Source of the DNA: a virus
Strand: one strand, 5' to 3'
IMG/VR virus record: IMGVR_UViG_3300033512_000345
Coordinates: 1-64,000 of that record
DNA: 64,000 nt
Shown here: piece by piece, positions 62,921 to 64,000 of the stretch
Numbering within the stretch: position 1 is the first letter of the stretch
How the letters are laid out: every line of letters begins with the position of its first letter
Position numbers and translations under genes: made by a program
The notes under the pieces: model-generated
Told to the model about the DNA's origin: nothing
The model's input: the letters and a program-made list of their open reading frames with translations, nothing else
The model's database searches: none

Positions 62921-62921
62921 T

Positions 62922-64000
62922 TCAGGATTTCCGGAGGGCAGCAGCTTGATAAGAAACCAAGCGGTATACCCAATTGCAGAACTCCGGACGGGCTGTGAAA
63001 TCGGACTCGATAGCCAACCCGTTCTCCGTACGAACGACAGTGAAGCGATAGGCTTTTCCAGCCCGTGTCGCCTCTACGAATCCGACAGCCTGACCTACTT
63101 GGGGCAGGGCATTGAGAATGGAGAACTGAAAGCTCTCCACGGATGCCGGAGGCGTCAATCTCATGGATGACTGCCAGTAGGGAGCCTTGAGGTTGACCTT
63201 GGCAAGAATGCCTTGATCAAGAACCTCTTCGACAGCTACGACTTGGACGACCTCGGTCTCTTCGACAGGCTCAACCGTTTCAGAGACCGTAAAGGCCTCA
63301 TCCATGATGGGCGTGCCGTTCTCGTCGTAGGCCAAATAGGAGAAGGGAACCTCGGCGTCTTCATACATGGGAACGAGGACCATGGACTCCTGATACAGGG
63401 TCATGTCTACTTCGCCCACGATGGAGCCGACGACGTTGAACGCCTTGCGGGCCGTTCTCTTGCCCGTACGCTGGGACACATATTCTGTGTCCTGATGGTC
63501 TACAACCTGAATCTGCTTGCCGACAAGACCGATGTTCTCGAACTTGTCGTACTTGGACATGACACCGATTCTCTGGGTGCCGGCAAAGATCAGAAGCTGA
63601 TCCTGATCATTCTTCACGACAGAGACAATGTTCTTGGATGCCCGAATGGCTTCAAGAACCATTTGAGCACTCATCCCGAGATGACTGAATCCCGAGATGT
63701 TGAACTGGGAAACCGTCTTGTCCAAGAATTTTTCCAAGTGAAGCTTACGGGCCCCCTTGGCTTCGGATGGCTTGTATTCAGGCTCCTCGATGTTGGGAAC
63801 CATGGTGTAGTATTGTCCGTCGAGCTGAACGACATCACATTCAGTGTCCTCGACGTCCCCAACGAAGATGTCTTCCATCTCATTGGGCATCTGGAGCATC
63901 CCGGAACGAAGAGCCAATGTCTTGACATTGACGTCCGAGATCTTGATGAGGGAACGGGAACGTTTGTTGGCATAGAGAGCCGCCAACAGGCCCGGGAAAC
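62922..64000 (-). CDS. hypothetical protein, 5' end probably outside the window
   Basis: The frame stays open upstream of the TTG at 63986 (..FPGL-LAALYANK..). At least 354 aa. Confidence 0.65.
   Translation of the reverse strand, partial: FPGLLAALYANKRSRSLIKISDVNVKTLALRSGMLQMPNEMEDIFVGDVEDTECDVVQLDGQYYTMVPNIEEPEYKPSEAKGARKLHLEKFLDKTVSQFNISGFSHLGMSAQMVLEAIRASKNIVSVVKNDQDQLLIFAGTQRIGVMSKYDKFENIGLVGKQIQVVDHQDTEYVSQRTGKRTARKAFNVVGSIVGEVDMTLYQESMVLVPMYEDAEVPFSYLAYDENGTPIMDEAFTVSETVEPVEETEVVQVVAVEEVLDQGILAKVNLKAPYWQSSMRLTPPASVESFQFSILNALPQVGQAVGFVEATRAGKAYRFTVVRTENGLAIESDFTARPEFCNWVYRLVSYQAAALRKS

Noticed and set aside
62484-62998. Six mutually overlapping track ORFs in the 62.5-63.0 kb gap (62484..62840 +, 62487..62777 -, 62671..62973 -, 62695..62949 +, 62804..62998 +, 62859..63170 +).
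   Set aside because: None has an RBS. All are read through terminator hairpins and inverted repeats, and the translated sequences are Arg/Pro/Ser/Gly-rich. The region is better explained as non-coding regulatory or RNA sequence.
43-63170. Numerous plus-strand ORFs in the track, for example 7545..8183, 12162..12782, 32820..33629, 40368..41150 and 44877..45509.
   Set aside because: Every one lies antisense to a longer minus-strand ORF that has recognisable motifs and/or a good RBS. None has its own Shine-Dalgarno, their sequences are low-complexity or Cys/Arg/Ser-rich in the usual way of shadow frames, and none matches a family I recognise.
1-64000. Looked for stop-codon reassignment, introns or inteins in the large enzymes, and for integrase, att sites, transposases or toxin-antitoxin pairs.
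   Set aside because: All recognisable enzymes (LigA, DnaG, DnaE, RecA, UvrD, SNF2) are continuous in the standard code and of near-normal length. I found no recombinase or transposase motifs and no flanking direct repeats suggesting an inserted element.

Overview
The window is one almost uninterrupted minus-strand gene array of about 95 ORFs. Genes have AGGAGG-type RBSs 5-9 nt upstream, many ATGA or short start/stop overlaps, and hairpin+U-tract terminators between operons. The plus-strand ORFs in the track look like antisense shadows. The content fits the replication, recombination and nucleotide-metabolism region of a large phage or phage-like element of a Firmicutes-type host. I recognised no integrase, capsid, tail, terminase, rRNA, convincing tRNA or CRISPR.

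Products I can support from motifs:
- Replication: NAD-dependent DNA ligase, DnaG-type primase, DnaE (Pol III alpha), a probable beta sliding clamp, a possible DnaD-like protein.
- Recombination and repair: a split Mre11/Rad50 (SbcCD-like) nuclease, UvrD/PcrA helicase, RecA, a possible Rad52-like annealing protein, a canonical SSB and a second divergent SSB, an SNF2 helicase.
- Nucleotide metabolism: dUTPase, thymidylate kinase, two degenerate UDG-superfamily proteins, two small radical SAM enzymes.
- Other: GroES, a 3D-domain wall-binding protein, a MoxR/CobS-like AAA+ ATPase with a CobT-like vWA partner, a YkgJ-type CxxCxxCC protein, and a macro-like protein coupled to a SLOG (DUF2493) protein.
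- Roughly half the ORFs are unassignable; many are Cys-rich or zinc-ribbon proteins.

Most unusual observations:
1. A 587-bp non-coding island (52645-53231) with extreme strand asymmetry and at least 9 same-orientation copies of CC(G/T)TGCCTGCC.
2. Short linear motifs recurring at protein termini: a clamp-binding-like NPLDxL[FL] and an SSB-tip-like acidic ...PF end.
3. A Rad50 homologue broken at its zinc hook, with its N-terminal half fused to Mre11.
4. A tmk-radical SAM operon and a second radical SAM cluster.
5. A 14-nt hairpin element repeated four times, one copy preceding a mini-ORF that ends in a terminator stem, followed by a structured 300-nt non-coding stretch.

All functional calls come from motif recognition by eye. 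No database search was possible.
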